32,000 nt of DNA from contig CP064964.1 of assembly GCA_016699205.1 (NCBI GenBank), forward strand, positions 420,001 through 452,000, in the 5' to 3' direction. Position 1 is the stretch's first letter; every line of letters begins with the position of its first letter. A program made the translations under genes and the position numbers. Shown one piece after another: positions 1-8,545 of the stretch. The DNA is from Candidatus Saccharimonadota bacterium (GTDB taxonomy: Bacteria > Patescibacteriota > Patescibacteriia > 2-12-FULL-60-25). A model generated the notes under the pieces. The model worked only from the letters and a program-made list of their open reading frames with translations. It did no database searches and had not been told where the DNA came from.

Positions 1-633
1 GGAATTCATCCGGATCAAGTATTTGAACTTGCCGATCAATATGGCGAGGTTCCGGTTCCGCCGTATGTGGAGGCGACAAAGGAAAATACTTCCGCGTATC
101 AGACCGCGTATGCCAAGCACGTCGGATCGGTTGCGGCTCCGACGGCAGGGTTTCATTTTACGAATGCGTTGCTCGACGAGTTGAAAAATAAAGGAATAGA
201 GACGGCGTTCGTCACCCTACACGTCGGCATCGGAACATTTCGTCCTATGAAGAGTGAGACGCTTGGCGAGCATGTGATGCACGAGGAGTGGGCGCACGTC
301 TCAAAAGAGACAATTTCAATGGTTCAAAAAGCGAAACAAGAAGGAAGACGCGTGATTGTTGTTGGTACGACGGCGATGCGCGCTCTTGAAAGTTGGGCCG
401 TAAAATCGGAAAAACGCGAGGAATGGAGCGGGTTCACGGATTTGTTCATTACTCCGGGTTTTGATTTCAAGATTGCTGACGGATTGATGACGAATTTCCA
501 TCTTCCAAAGTCGACGCTGATCGTGCTTGTTTCCTCTTTTGCCGGACGCGAGAACGTGATGAGCGCGTACAAACACGCGATCGACAATCATTACCGCTTC
601 TATTCTTTTGGCGATGCAATGCTGATTATTTAA
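1..633 (+). CDS. queA: S-adenosylmethionine:tRNA ribosyltransferase-isomerase (QueA), C-terminal ~210 aa; 5' end outside window
   Basis: Frame 1 is open from nt 1 (GIHPDQVFELADQYGEVPVPPYVEAT...) into listed ORF 67..633. QueA-typical blocks are present: PPYV, HVGIGTFRP, HEEW, VGTTAMRALES, LMTNFHLPKSTL, YRFYSFGDAMLI. Confidence 0.92.
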   Translation, partial: GIHPDQVFELADQYGEVPVPPYVEATKENTSAYQTAYAKHVGSVAAPTAGFHFTNALLDELKNKGIETAFVTLHVGIGTFRPMKSETLGEHVMHEEWAHVSKETISMVQKAKQEGRRVIVVGTTAMRALESWAVKSEKREEWSGFTDLFITPGFDFKIADGLMTNFHLPKSTLIVLVSSFAGRENVMSAYKHAIDNHYRFYSFGDAMLII

Positions 634-2160
634 TTACTGAACGATTCCTTTTCCGTTGGCGCGCACATCTTCTGGAAGCGAGGCGTCCAATCCACCCGAG
701 AGGGATTCTAGTTTGATTCCGGAAACAACTTCTACTGCTTCACCCGAAATCGACTGGATAAGCACCGGTATTGTTCCGCGCATGTTCTCCGTTGGCGTCA
801 GAGCGATTTCAAATCGGACGGTAGCGCCCTCGCTGTTGGCAGCAAGATATGGGAGCGTCCAGATCACATCGCCTTCTGCTTCTGACAGACCACCGCCAGA
901 AGGAAGTGCGTCGCGGCCGGTGAGCATGACGCCGGCGGGTAATCGCATACGCAGAACGATATTGGAGAGATCCTTGGTTGTTGCGCCGACCATCGCCTGG
1001 AACCAGTAACGTGTTTCCTCGCCGACACGAGGCGGGAGAGGCCCGATACCTATTTGATCGCCGGTTGTGGCGTAGTAGCGAATGGCGGATGTGACATTAA
1101 AAGGCGTGGTTACGCGCGATTCTGCGATAGGACCGTATCCTTTTGGCGTTGAAGCGACGGCGTACCAAGCCGCATCATCGGCCGGACGGTCGAGCGGAAT
1201 ATTGAGCGATGTATTTCCGGCAGGAACATCAAATGTTTTGGTATGCGGATGCGCGAGACCCGGGTGATAGACCTCGACTTTGCCAACAGAAGGCATGCTG
1301 ACATCGAGGCGTGCCGTGTCCCCCGTTGATGGACGGAGCGTGACAATGGCCGTTGGATCCGAGAGGCCGGCAACGAACTCACGCTCAACAAGAGGGAAAG
1401 CACGCATGAGCGCGGAAGCGTGACCCGGCTCTGCAAAAATAATTTCATCCTGATCCGGTTCAAGCGTCTCGATGAATGATTGATCAAAACCAACAAGCGT
1501 TATGTCGTCGAGACGCCTGTTGCTGCGATTGGATATTCGGGTCGGGATACGGCCATCGATCAGTGTTGCGCCGTTAAACAACGGCTCGAGCAATAGGGCA
1601 GAACTTTCTATCGTTCTATTTTCATAACCCGTCAGAATGCGCTGTCCATCGTTTACTTGAAAACCAAAACGCAATGCTCCGGGAGGCGCAAAGAAACGTA
1701 CGACGAGACGAGAGATCGCGTTTTCACCTGATTTTATTGAGCCTAAGCTTGCTTCTCCGAGAGCGTTAAGCGGCGGATCTGCCTCGATAATTTCCGTGCC
1801 AGCGGGCAAGCTCCATCGCAACGTGACGAGGCCTTTTGAATCGGAACCGCGAGCATCGACCTCTGCAATCAAGGCTTGAGGTGCGGCGCTTTTAAGCGGG
1901 GCGGTTGTAAAAATAAGACCGAGTGAAGGAGTCGGAGCCGGAACAGCCATGTAAATAACGATGTTGATCGCGACAAGCGTGGCGGCGATACCAAAGATCG
2001 TAAGATCAAAAGCGAATACGAGCGGAGCAAATCTGTATCGTCCGTGATACTTCTCATGATATCGGCGACGCAAATGCGACGTGACCGCGCGGGCGGGCGT
2101 GAGAGCGACCGTCGCACCGTGAAGTGCGAGGCCGGAACTTTTGCGAGGAGAAGTCGACAT
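634..2160 (-). CDS. hypothetical N-terminally membrane-anchored extracytoplasmic protein
   Basis: Listed ORF 634..2217. I prefer the internal ATG at 2158-2160 (MSTSPRKSS...) because it lies 1 nt after the upstream gene's stop (2162-2164). One hydrophobic helix (FAPLVFAFDLTIFGIAATLVAINIVIYMAV) is followed by ~430 aa of beta-rich sequence. No family recognised. Confidence 0.6.
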   Translation of the reverse strand: MSTSPRKSSGLALHGATVALTPARAVTSHLRRRYHEKYHGRYRFAPLVFAFDLTIFGIAATLVAINIVIYMAVPAPTPSLGLIFTTAPLKSAAPQALIAEVDARGSDSKGLVTLRWSLPAGTEIIEADPPLNALGEASLGSIKSGENAISRLVVRFFAPPGALRFGFQVNDGQRILTGYENRTIESSALLLEPLFNGATLIDGRIPTRISNRSNRRLDDITLVGFDQSFIETLEPDQDEIIFAEPGHASALMRAFPLVEREFVAGLSDPTAIVTLRPSTGDTARLDVSMPSVGKVEVYHPGLAHPHTKTFDVPAGNTSLNIPLDRPADDAAWYAVASTPKGYGPIAESRVTTPFNVTSAIRYYATTGDQIGIGPLPPRVGEETRYWFQAMVGATTKDLSNIVLRMRLPAGVMLTGRDALPSGGGLSEAEGDVIWTLPYLAANSEGATVRFEIALTPTENMRGTIPVLIQSISGEAVEVVSGIKLESLSGGLDASLPEDVRANGKGIVQ

Positions 2161-2161
2161 A

Positions 2162-4156
2162 TTAGAAAGCGCTACCTGGGATGAGAATCTCACGTTTGCC
2201 GTCGCCGTCGATATCACTCAGCACGGGACGGACGCCTTGGGATGCTGTTACGCCGGATGGTACGAATTCCGAGCGGAGTCTTCCATCGGCATCATACACC
2301 CGAACCTTGGGCGGAGCGCCGACGCCGGAACCGGTCACGAGATCGTCGCGTCCGTCGCCGTCGATATCGCCGATCGCTACACGGACACCAGCACGCTCGG
2401 AAGAAGCGAAGGCAAAAAAGCCGCCGCGCCAAGCGACGCCGTCTGTTTTAAAGCTACGGACATGCGGGCCTCCGCCAGTACCGGTTCCGGTAAAAATTTC
2501 GCGAAGATTATCGCCGTTTAAGTCGCCTATTGCGATAGAAACACCTCCGCGGAACCTGGCTTCATACGCGAGCCATGACTTGCGGACACCGCCCTTTAAA
2601 TCGGTTATCTGAACGGTGGGGGCGGAGTTGCCGTCTGGTGCGAGGATGAGCTCCCAAGCCGTGTCGCGGTCGGTTTGTCCGGCGGTGATGGAAATCGCTC
2701 CACGATAGTTGTTGCCGAAGGGGCGGAAGCGGTTATCGGATGCGCCGGAGAGACGCACGGTCACTTCCCCACCATTGGCAAAGACAAGATCTTCCGAGCC
2801 GTTGCGATCGAGATCGACAGCAAGAAAGTTGGCGCCGCCAGGGATGTCATCGCGCTGCGCAAAAAATCCGTTGCGGATACGGCGGCCGGTTGCATCAAAG
2901 ACTTGCAAGAAAGATCCGTTCGGAACACTTGCGCCGACAACTTGCGTCGCCTCTGAACGACGGATGAGAACGACACCGTCTTCTGGCGGAACTGTGACGC
3001 GCGTGACGATGGAGCCGTCATTCGTACGAGGATCTTGCGAGCCGCGCAGTTTTTCAAATTCGCCAGGCAAGGTGATGTCCTCTGCTTTCTTTGTCGCATT
3101 CACGATGGCGATGCCGCGCTGATACTCGCGAGACCAAACGTCTGTTTTAATATTACGCGGCGCGGAGCGCGCATTGCCGATCGGAGCCTCGTACTCGTCA
3201 TACCACCACGTGCGATGATGGCCGGAATCACCCGCGTCGAATGAGTAAAAACTGTCGGCAACAAGAGCGCTGGCCAAGCCGTAGCGCATCAGCCTGAAAT
3301 CATTAGGGTTTTCGCGATTATTCGTATTGGTGTTGATGGCGCTTACTTTGGGCTCCGGGTTCTTTCCGAGGGTGGTTCGGAGCTCGGCAAAGGGGCCGGT
3401 GAAGCCGTAGCGCGGAAAATTTTCATATAAAACACCGTTGCTGATATCGCCATACACCGCGCTCGAATTATTTATTATTATTTTGTCATTCCCGATCGCG
3501 CGTCGCACATTGGAAATAAGCTCGCGCATGCCATTACGATAGGTGGAGTTTATTTCTGCCGGTGTATTGGCTTTGCCGTTGCGATCCGGATCGAGATCGT
3601 TTCCAAAAAAACCGGTGACGTTATCGTACGCTGCGTCGAGGAAGACGCCGTCCCACAAACCCGTCGACATGATTTCATCGCGGATGAATGGGCCGAGGAA
3701 TGTGCGCCACGTTTGTCCGCCAACGGATGGTGAAAGCGTTGAAGCATTCAAAAGATAGGCACCCGGCCACCAGCTTGCGCGCGAACCATTTGCACGCGGA
3801 AGAAACCAGGCTTCCGGAATTCTGCTCGCGAGCTTTCCGCCGGGTGAACGCGAGTCGCCGTTGTAGCGAGATTGGGAGATTTCGCTCGAACTTACATAGG
3901 CAAGCAGTTTTATGTTTGGGTTGATGCGCTTAATTTCACGGACGCGATCAGGAAATTGAAACGATTGGTCCATGTCGAGGACGACAATGTCCCATCTGGC
4001 GAGTTTTGCTGGGTCTTCTGGCTTGATTTCGTAGCCTAAAAAGAAGTTGATGAGCTTGGGAGACTGGTCGTTGCCGATGGCGGCGGCTGTCGGAGACGGA
4101 AAAACGGCCGTAACTAGGGCCGCAATGGCGAGTATCGATAGGATGCTACGCCGCAT
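2162..4156 (-). CDS. secreted protein: glycoside-hydrolase-like TIM-barrel N-domain (GH114/GHL-like, tentative) fused to C-terminal FG-GAP/VCBS-type repeats
   Basis: Signal-peptide-like N-terminus MRRSILSILAIAALVTAVFPSPTAAA. N-domain has blocks WDIVVLDMDQ and WDGVFLDAAYDN. C-terminal half carries repeated GDLNGDNLREIFTGTG, GDIDGDGRDDLVTGSG and SDIDGDGKREILIPGS motifs, typical of FG-GAP beta-propeller blades. Confidence 0.6.
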   Translation of the reverse strand: MRRSILSILAIAALVTAVFPSPTAAAIGNDQSPKLINFFLGYEIKPEDPAKLARWDIVVLDMDQSFQFPDRVREIKRINPNIKLLAYVSSSEISQSRYNGDSRSPGGKLASRIPEAWFLPRANGSRASWWPGAYLLNASTLSPSVGGQTWRTFLGPFIRDEIMSTGLWDGVFLDAAYDNVTGFFGNDLDPDRNGKANTPAEINSTYRNGMRELISNVRRAIGNDKIIINNSSAVYGDISNGVLYENFPRYGFTGPFAELRTTLGKNPEPKVSAINTNTNNRENPNDFRLMRYGLASALVADSFYSFDAGDSGHHRTWWYDEYEAPIGNARSAPRNIKTDVWSREYQRGIAIVNATKKAEDITLPGEFEKLRGSQDPRTNDGSIVTRVTVPPEDGVVLIRRSEATQVVGASVPNGSFLQVFDATGRRIRNGFFAQRDDIPGGANFLAVDLDRNGSEDLVFANGGEVTVRLSGASDNRFRPFGNNYRGAISITAGQTDRDTAWELILAPDGNSAPTVQITDLKGGVRKSWLAYEARFRGGVSIAIGDLNGDNLREIFTGTGTGGGPHVRSFKTDGVAWRGGFFAFASSERAGVRVAIGDIDGDGRDDLVTGSGVGAPPKVRVYDADGRLRSEFVPSGVTASQGVRPVLSDIDGDGKREILIPGSAF

Positions 4157-4210
4157 AAGAACAGCGTAGCATAGCGGAATTTTTAATTAAAGAGAAGGAT
4201 AGAAATGAAG

Positions 4211-4241
4211 AACGCCGCCACTCGAGGAGAGTGACGGCGTT
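4211..4241 (-). terminator. hairpin downstream of helicase gene (possible intrinsic terminator)
   Basis: 13-bp stem with one C/A mismatch (aacgccgccactc / gagtgacggcgtt) and loop gagga, 8 nt after the helicase stop (4249-4251). The minus-strand trailing tract cttcatttctat is only moderately T-rich. Confidence 0.45.
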
Positions 4242-4248
4242 TTGAGAG

Positions 4249-6165
4249 TTACTTCACCTTGCCGAGGAAGTGGGGCCAGGACTTCCACTCGGAAGTGTAG
4301 AACTGGTCAGGGTGCGAAGGCAGGCGAGAGCATTTGTGACGGAGGCGATTGTAGGACTCTTTTGAATCAATTCCTTTGATCCGCTTCACCGCCTCCATCG
4401 CTTCCTTCATGGTTGGGTAGAACTCGACCTTGGCGACTCCTGTGAGGAAGTAGGTCCAGCTCTTCCATTCAGATTTGTAGGTCCTCTCAGGCTGTGACGG
4501 AAGTCGTGGGTCTTTGTGACGGAGGCGAAGATAGGATTTCGGAGAATCAATTCCCCGGATCCTCCTCACCGCCTCCATCGCTTCCTTCATGGTTGGGTAG
4601 AACTCGACCTTGGCGACTCCTGTGAGGAAGTAGGTCCAGCTCTTCCATTCCGATCGGTATGCTATGTGTGGCCTAGACGTGAGACGGGGGTCTTCTCGAT
4701 AGCGCTCATAGTATTCGCGCTGACCCTTGATCCCCAGCCTCTTCACCGCCTCCATCGCTTCCTTCATGGTTGGGTAGAACCAGCCTTCACCTCCCGTGAG
4801 GAAGTAGGTCCAACCTTTCCATTCGGATTTGTAGATCTTCTCAGGATTTGAAGGGAGACGAGGGTCTTTGCGATAGCGGAGGTTGTAGGAAGGACGGGAA
4901 TCAATTCCCCGGATCCTCCTCACCGCCTCCATCGCTTCCTTCATGGTTGGGTAGAACTCGACGTCGATCCGACTCATGATGTCGCGGATGTCGCGAGCTT
5001 CTTCATCGAGTTCGAAGATGATGCTGGAGACATCGATTTCTCGATTGATCCGTGGGCCGCGCTTGGGGCCCTTTCCTTTGGGACCGAAGTCGTCGATCTT
5101 GCCCATGAAGTCCGAGACCATCTTGATACGGTCGCAGTTGCCGACGAAGTCGAGAACCGTGACCTTGGTCTTTCCGGGCGACTTACGAAGCCCGCGCCCA
5201 AGCTGCTGCAGGTACACCGTCCGGGACTCAGTCGAACGAAGGAAGACGACGAGCTCCGTGTCCGGAACGTCGATACCTTCATTGAACATGTTCACCGTGA
5301 GTAGGTACTTGATGCGGCCACGACGGAATCCCTCGAGATCAGCATCGAGCTCATTGCGATCAAGCTTGCTGTGGTACGGCCGCGCCTTTTTGAGGAGCTT
5401 AGCCATACCTTCTGCCTGCTTGATGTCGGTGCAGAAGATGATCCCCTGCGCCTTGTAGCTCAGGATGTCATCAGCGATGTCGCTGTCGAGCCGCTCGATG
5501 AAGATGTTGTCGTTGAGCTCGCGGAGCGTGATGCGCTCCCCTGCCTGCACGCGGCGCTTGAGCTCATTGATTGCGTCACGCGATGCGGTACCGACGGTCA
5601 TCAACTTGTAGTCGATGTCCGAGAGATACTTGCGTGCGATCGCTTCCTCGAGTGAGAGCGTGACCGATGGAGTCCCGAAGAGGTCTCGGATGTTCTTACC
5701 GTCCTCGCGATCGGGAGTCGCTGTCTTGCCAAGCAGGAACTTGGGACGGAAATACTCGATCGTCGGACGATAGGTCTCGGCCTGAGCATGGTGACTTTCG
5801 TCGACCACAATCATGTCGAAGGCCTTGGGATCGAACTTGGACTTCCAGCCGTTCATCGTCTGGAAAGACGCAAACAGGAACTGGACGGTCTTTGGGTCGA
5901 CCTTCTCCTCGCCTGTGAACATGCCCATGGAACGGCTGCCGTTGAAGACTTTGCCGTATGCGAGCATGGACTGGCGGAGGATGTCGTTGGTGTGACAGAG
6001 AAAAAGCATCCGCTCCTTGGAGCGAAGGATCTTCTGGACGACGAGCGCTCCCGTGATGGTCTTGCCGGTACCGGTAGCCATCACCATGAGCGTCTTGCCG
6101 TCGCGCTTGAGCGCCTTGGCCACGTCCCTGATGATCGGAACCTGGTACGCGTGGGGCTGGATCAC
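4249..6165 (-). CDS. superfamily-2 DEAD/DEAH-box (type III restriction Res-like) helicase with C-terminal 4x tandem repeat domain
   Basis: Motif I MATGTGKT, motif II VVDESHH, motif III GKTATPDR, and a C-terminal helicase lobe (FCTD..., TVNMFNEGIDVP, QQLGRGLR). GTG start at 6163-6165 is preceded by GAGG (6171-6174) with a 5-nt spacer. Confidence 0.88.
   Translation of the reverse strand: MIQPHAYQVPIIRDVAKALKRDGKTLMVMATGTGKTITGALVVQKILRSKERMLFLCHTNDILRQSMLAYGKVFNGSRSMGMFTGEEKVDPKTVQFLFASFQTMNGWKSKFDPKAFDMIVVDESHHAQAETYRPTIEYFRPKFLLGKTATPDREDGKNIRDLFGTPSVTLSLEEAIARKYLSDIDYKLMTVGTASRDAINELKRRVQAGERITLRELNDNIFIERLDSDIADDILSYKAQGIIFCTDIKQAEGMAKLLKKARPYHSKLDRNELDADLEGFRRGRIKYLLTVNMFNEGIDVPDTELVVFLRSTESRTVYLQQLGRGLRKSPGKTKVTVLDFVGNCDRIKMVSDFMGKIDDFGPKGKGPKRGPRINREIDVSSIIFELDEEARDIRDIMSRIDVEFYPTMKEAMEAVRRIRGIDSRPSYNLRYRKDPRLPSNPEKIYKSEWKGWTYFLTGGEGWFYPTMKEAMEAVKRLGIKGQREYYERYREDPRLTSRPHIAYRSEWKSWTYFLTGVAKVEFYPTMKEAMEAVRRIRGIDSPKSYLRLRHKDPRLPSQPERTYKSEWKSWTYFLTGVAKVEFYPTMKEAMEAVKRIKGIDSKESYNRLRHKCSRLPSHPDQFYTSEWKSWPHFLGKVK
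4252..4959 (-). repeat. four in-frame tandem repeats (177-180 bp; 57-60 aa) forming the helicase C-terminus
   Basis: The core caccgcctccatcgcttccttcatggttgggtagaac recurs at 4387, 4567, 4744 and 4921. Segments 4387-4470 and 4567-4650 are identical over 84 nt. Peptide unit: FYPTMKEAMEAV(R/K)R..GI.....Y...R.DPRLPS.P...Y.SEWKSWTYFLTG. Confidence 0.95.
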
Positions 6166-6182
6166 AGAAACCTCGATGTAAA

Positions 6183-6212
6183 AGAGCGCACGGGCATATC
6201 CCCGTGCGCTCT
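6183..6212 (-). terminator. perfect 12-bp hairpin between GT4 stop and helicase start (possible terminator of the upstream operon)
   Basis: agagcgcacggg (6183-6194), loop catatc, cccgtgcgctct (6201-6212). On the minus strand it is followed by only TTT (tttacatcg), so the U-tract is weak. Confidence 0.5.
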
Positions 6213-6240
6213 AATTAGCAATATTTTGATGTTATGTCAA
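6212..6240 (-). promoter_or_regulatory. candidate sigma70-type promoter for the helicase gene
   Basis: Minus strand reads TTGACA (6235-6240, overlapping the GT4 stop codon), a 17-nt spacer, then TAATTA (6212-6217). Confidence 0.4.
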
Positions 6241-7463
6241 CCCTTCGCCCCTGCATCGCGATAAGCATCCAATACGCTATCAACATGATTCTTCCAGAGA
6301 TGACGAGCCTGGATGCGTTCGCGGCCTTTGAGGCCCATTTGGTCGCGGACTTCCGTAGGGGTGGCGAGAAAACGGCGGAGAATGCGTAGCCAATCTTCGG
6401 CGTCGCCGGGTTTTACGAGGAAGCCATTTTCTCCATCGGCGACGAGTTCTGGATTTCCACCGGTGCGCGTGACGAGACATGGCAAGCCGCTCGACATCGC
6501 TTCAAGAACGGAGCCGCTCGCGTTTTCGTAGCTTAATGTCGGGAGTACGAGCGCCTCGGCGCGATCGCGAAGCTTCTTTAATTCTGCGGGTGCGACAAAG
6601 CCGAGGAACTCGATATGATGCGCGCCTTTTTCTTTCACAAGTGTTTTCAATTTTTCTTCCAGCGGACCGCGGCCTGCGATCTTAATCGGAAGCTCGGGAA
6701 CTTTGGAAGCGGCTTCGATAAAACTTTCCAAACCTTTTTCTTGTGAAAGACGTCCGGCGAAAATCAGGTATCCCCCGCCGCGAACAGCGGGCTCTTCAAT
6801 CCAATCGGTTGGGTTTGGAACGTAGCGGAGTTTTCCGGCTGGCTCGCCCCAGTCTTCCATCTTTTCTTTCATGAAACGTGATGGACAGAGAAAGATCGAG
6901 ACCGTCCGCTCATAGGCTTGGCGGAATTTGGTGAAATACATCTCAATCGCCGCGAGTGCGTTGTAGATGAACTTGTCCGATAGGCAACGATGCAGGATTA
7001 CGTTGTAGTATTTGCCGCCTTTGCTGCGCTCGCAAGGTGCGCCGTGATCAAACATCGGATAGTTTGGTGCGGCGAGCTTATAGTCGTGCAGGGTTTGCAC
7101 GCATGGGATGCCGCGCTTGGTGATTTCCGGGAGTAGCGAGGATGAAAGATGATGGTAGAGATTGTGAAGATGGATGACGTCCGGTTTTACATCATCAAGC
7201 ATGCGGGCAAAGGCGCGCTTAGCCTCGCTATTCCATAAAAAGTTTCTGGCTTTTTTGAGATCGGTCCAAAGTCCGTCGGAGCGGTCGAGGTGATAGCGCG
7301 TAACAAAATAGCTTTCGTCGCGTGACGGAAGATTTTTCACGCCAAGCGTCGAGAAGGCGTGGACGACATGGCCGCGGCTCTCGAGCTCATCGATGAGGCC
7401 GTGCATGTAGACCTCGGCACCGCCTTGGAGATCAAAAAATTTGTTTACCTGAAGAATGCGCAT
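6237..7463 (-). CDS. glycosyltransferase family 4 (GT-B, group 1)
   Basis: 408 aa. N-terminus MRILQVNKFF..GGAEVY, then a C-terminal GT1 core (FAGRLSQEKG, ...LPTLSYENASGSVLEAMSSGLPCLVTRTGGNPELV.DGENG), the typical E-x7-E region. Confidence 0.85.
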   Translation of the reverse strand: MRILQVNKFFDLQGGAEVYMHGLIDELESRGHVVHAFSTLGVKNLPSRDESYFVTRYHLDRSDGLWTDLKKARNFLWNSEAKRAFARMLDDVKPDVIHLHNLYHHLSSSLLPEITKRGIPCVQTLHDYKLAAPNYPMFDHGAPCERSKGGKYYNVILHRCLSDKFIYNALAAIEMYFTKFRQAYERTVSIFLCPSRFMKEKMEDWGEPAGKLRYVPNPTDWIEEPAVRGGGYLIFAGRLSQEKGLESFIEAASKVPELPIKIAGRGPLEEKLKTLVKEKGAHHIEFLGFVAPAELKKLRDRAEALVLPTLSYENASGSVLEAMSSGLPCLVTRTGGNPELVADGENGFLVKPGDAEDWLRILRRFLATPTEVRDQMGLKGRERIQARHLWKNHVDSVLDAYRDAGAKG

Positions 7464-7468
7464 CTGGG

Positions 7469-8545
7469 CTATTGTACACCAAGTAGCTTGCGATAGAGCT
7501 GATCGTACGATGTTTTCATCGCCTCAAGTGAGTAGGACTGTTGCACGATGTGGCGGCTGGCCAGGGATTGCTGGAGGGCTTTTCCGTATTGGTTCAGGAT
7601 ATCGGAAATGGCTTTGGACCAGGCGCGCACGTCATCGACTGGAGCAAAATTCAGGACGTCTGGCGGGAAGGTTTCGTGAAAGACCGGAAGATCGCTTACA
7701 AGAATAGGAACCTGGCAAGCCGCAGCTTCGAGAACAGCAATAGCTTGTCCCTCGTGGCGGGAAGCGAGCAAAAAAAGATCAGCTCGTCGCAGACGCTCGG
7801 GAACATCAGCGACGGAACCGGCGAAATTTATACGAGGCATGATGCCAAGCATCTCGGCTTTACGCTGGAGAGAGATACGCTCGGGTCCATCGCCAATGAT
7901 CTCCAGCGTCCAGGGACGACGGATATCCGCGAGAGCGTCGAGGAGCAAGCTTTGGCCCTTGTCTTCCAATAGACGTCCGACGGTAACGAGATGCGGCATG
8001 TCGCTTGCCTGATACGCGTCACGCGGAATGAAGCGCGCTAGATCGATACCGATGCGGATGACGGATTGGCGCGTCGTCGATACGCCGTACTGCCTAGCGA
8101 CCATGCGAGCGACTGAGTCGGAAACAGCCACAACGTGCTTGGCTCCGCGATAGGCCTGGAGTCTAAGCAGACGGACAGGAAGCGCGAGGCCAGGTTCATG
8201 GCTATGTGCGGTGATGATTTGCGGGATGCGAAGTTTGCGGCATGCGAAACCAGCCCAGACATCAGCACCAAGATGCGTGTGGACCAAATCAGGACGATGT
8301 TCTGACCAGCGCGAGATGAGCCAGTCGATGAGTTTACGTCGATTCAAACCGGTTCTTGTAGATGGCGCGATCGTGACATCGATTCCGGCGGCCTTGAAGT
8401 CGGCTTCCATGTCGCCTCCCCCGCCGAGGGCGATAATTTCTATGCGATAGTCGCTAGAGAGAGAGCGGCACAAATCCAAAACCATGCGCTCGGCTCCGGC
8501 GCGGCCCAAAGTCCACATTACTTGGACGAGTAAAGGTTTAGCCAT
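7469..8545 (-). CDS. glycosyltransferase family 4 (GT-B, group 1)
   Basis: 358 aa. GRAGAERMVLDL N-domain; VGRLLEDKG and ...SRHEGQAIAVLEAAACQVPILVSD C-domain. 8-nt overlap with the upstream gene and a 5-nt gap to the downstream GT4. Confidence 0.85.
   Translation of the reverse strand: MAKPLLVQVMWTLGRAGAERMVLDLCRSLSSDYRIEIIALGGGGDMEADFKAAGIDVTIAPSTRTGLNRRKLIDWLISRWSEHRPDLVHTHLGADVWAGFACRKLRIPQIITAHSHEPGLALPVRLLRLQAYRGAKHVVAVSDSVARMVARQYGVSTTRQSVIRIGIDLARFIPRDAYQASDMPHLVTVGRLLEDKGQSLLLDALADIRRPWTLEIIGDGPERISLQRKAEMLGIMPRINFAGSVADVPERLRRADLFLLASRHEGQAIAVLEAAACQVPILVSDLPVFHETFPPDVLNFAPVDDVRAWSKAISDILNQYGKALQQSLASRHIVQQSYSLEAMKTSYDQLYRKLLGVQ

Noticed and set aside
634-2217. Longest-ORF starts that overlap upstream genes (2217, 10064, 16260, 19105, 22520, 24917)
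   Set aside because: In each case an internal ATG lies within 1-12 nt of the upstream gene's stop, or has a better ribosome-binding site or promoter context. The extra N-terminal residues also look non-native. The trimmed coordinates are reported instead.
4252-4959. Regularly spaced identical DNA cores, which could be mistaken for a CRISPR array
   Set aside because: The period is 177-180 bp and lies entirely inside one continuous ORF. The conserved blocks are 37-84 nt. The intervening sequence is homologous between units, not unique spacers. No cas genes are present.
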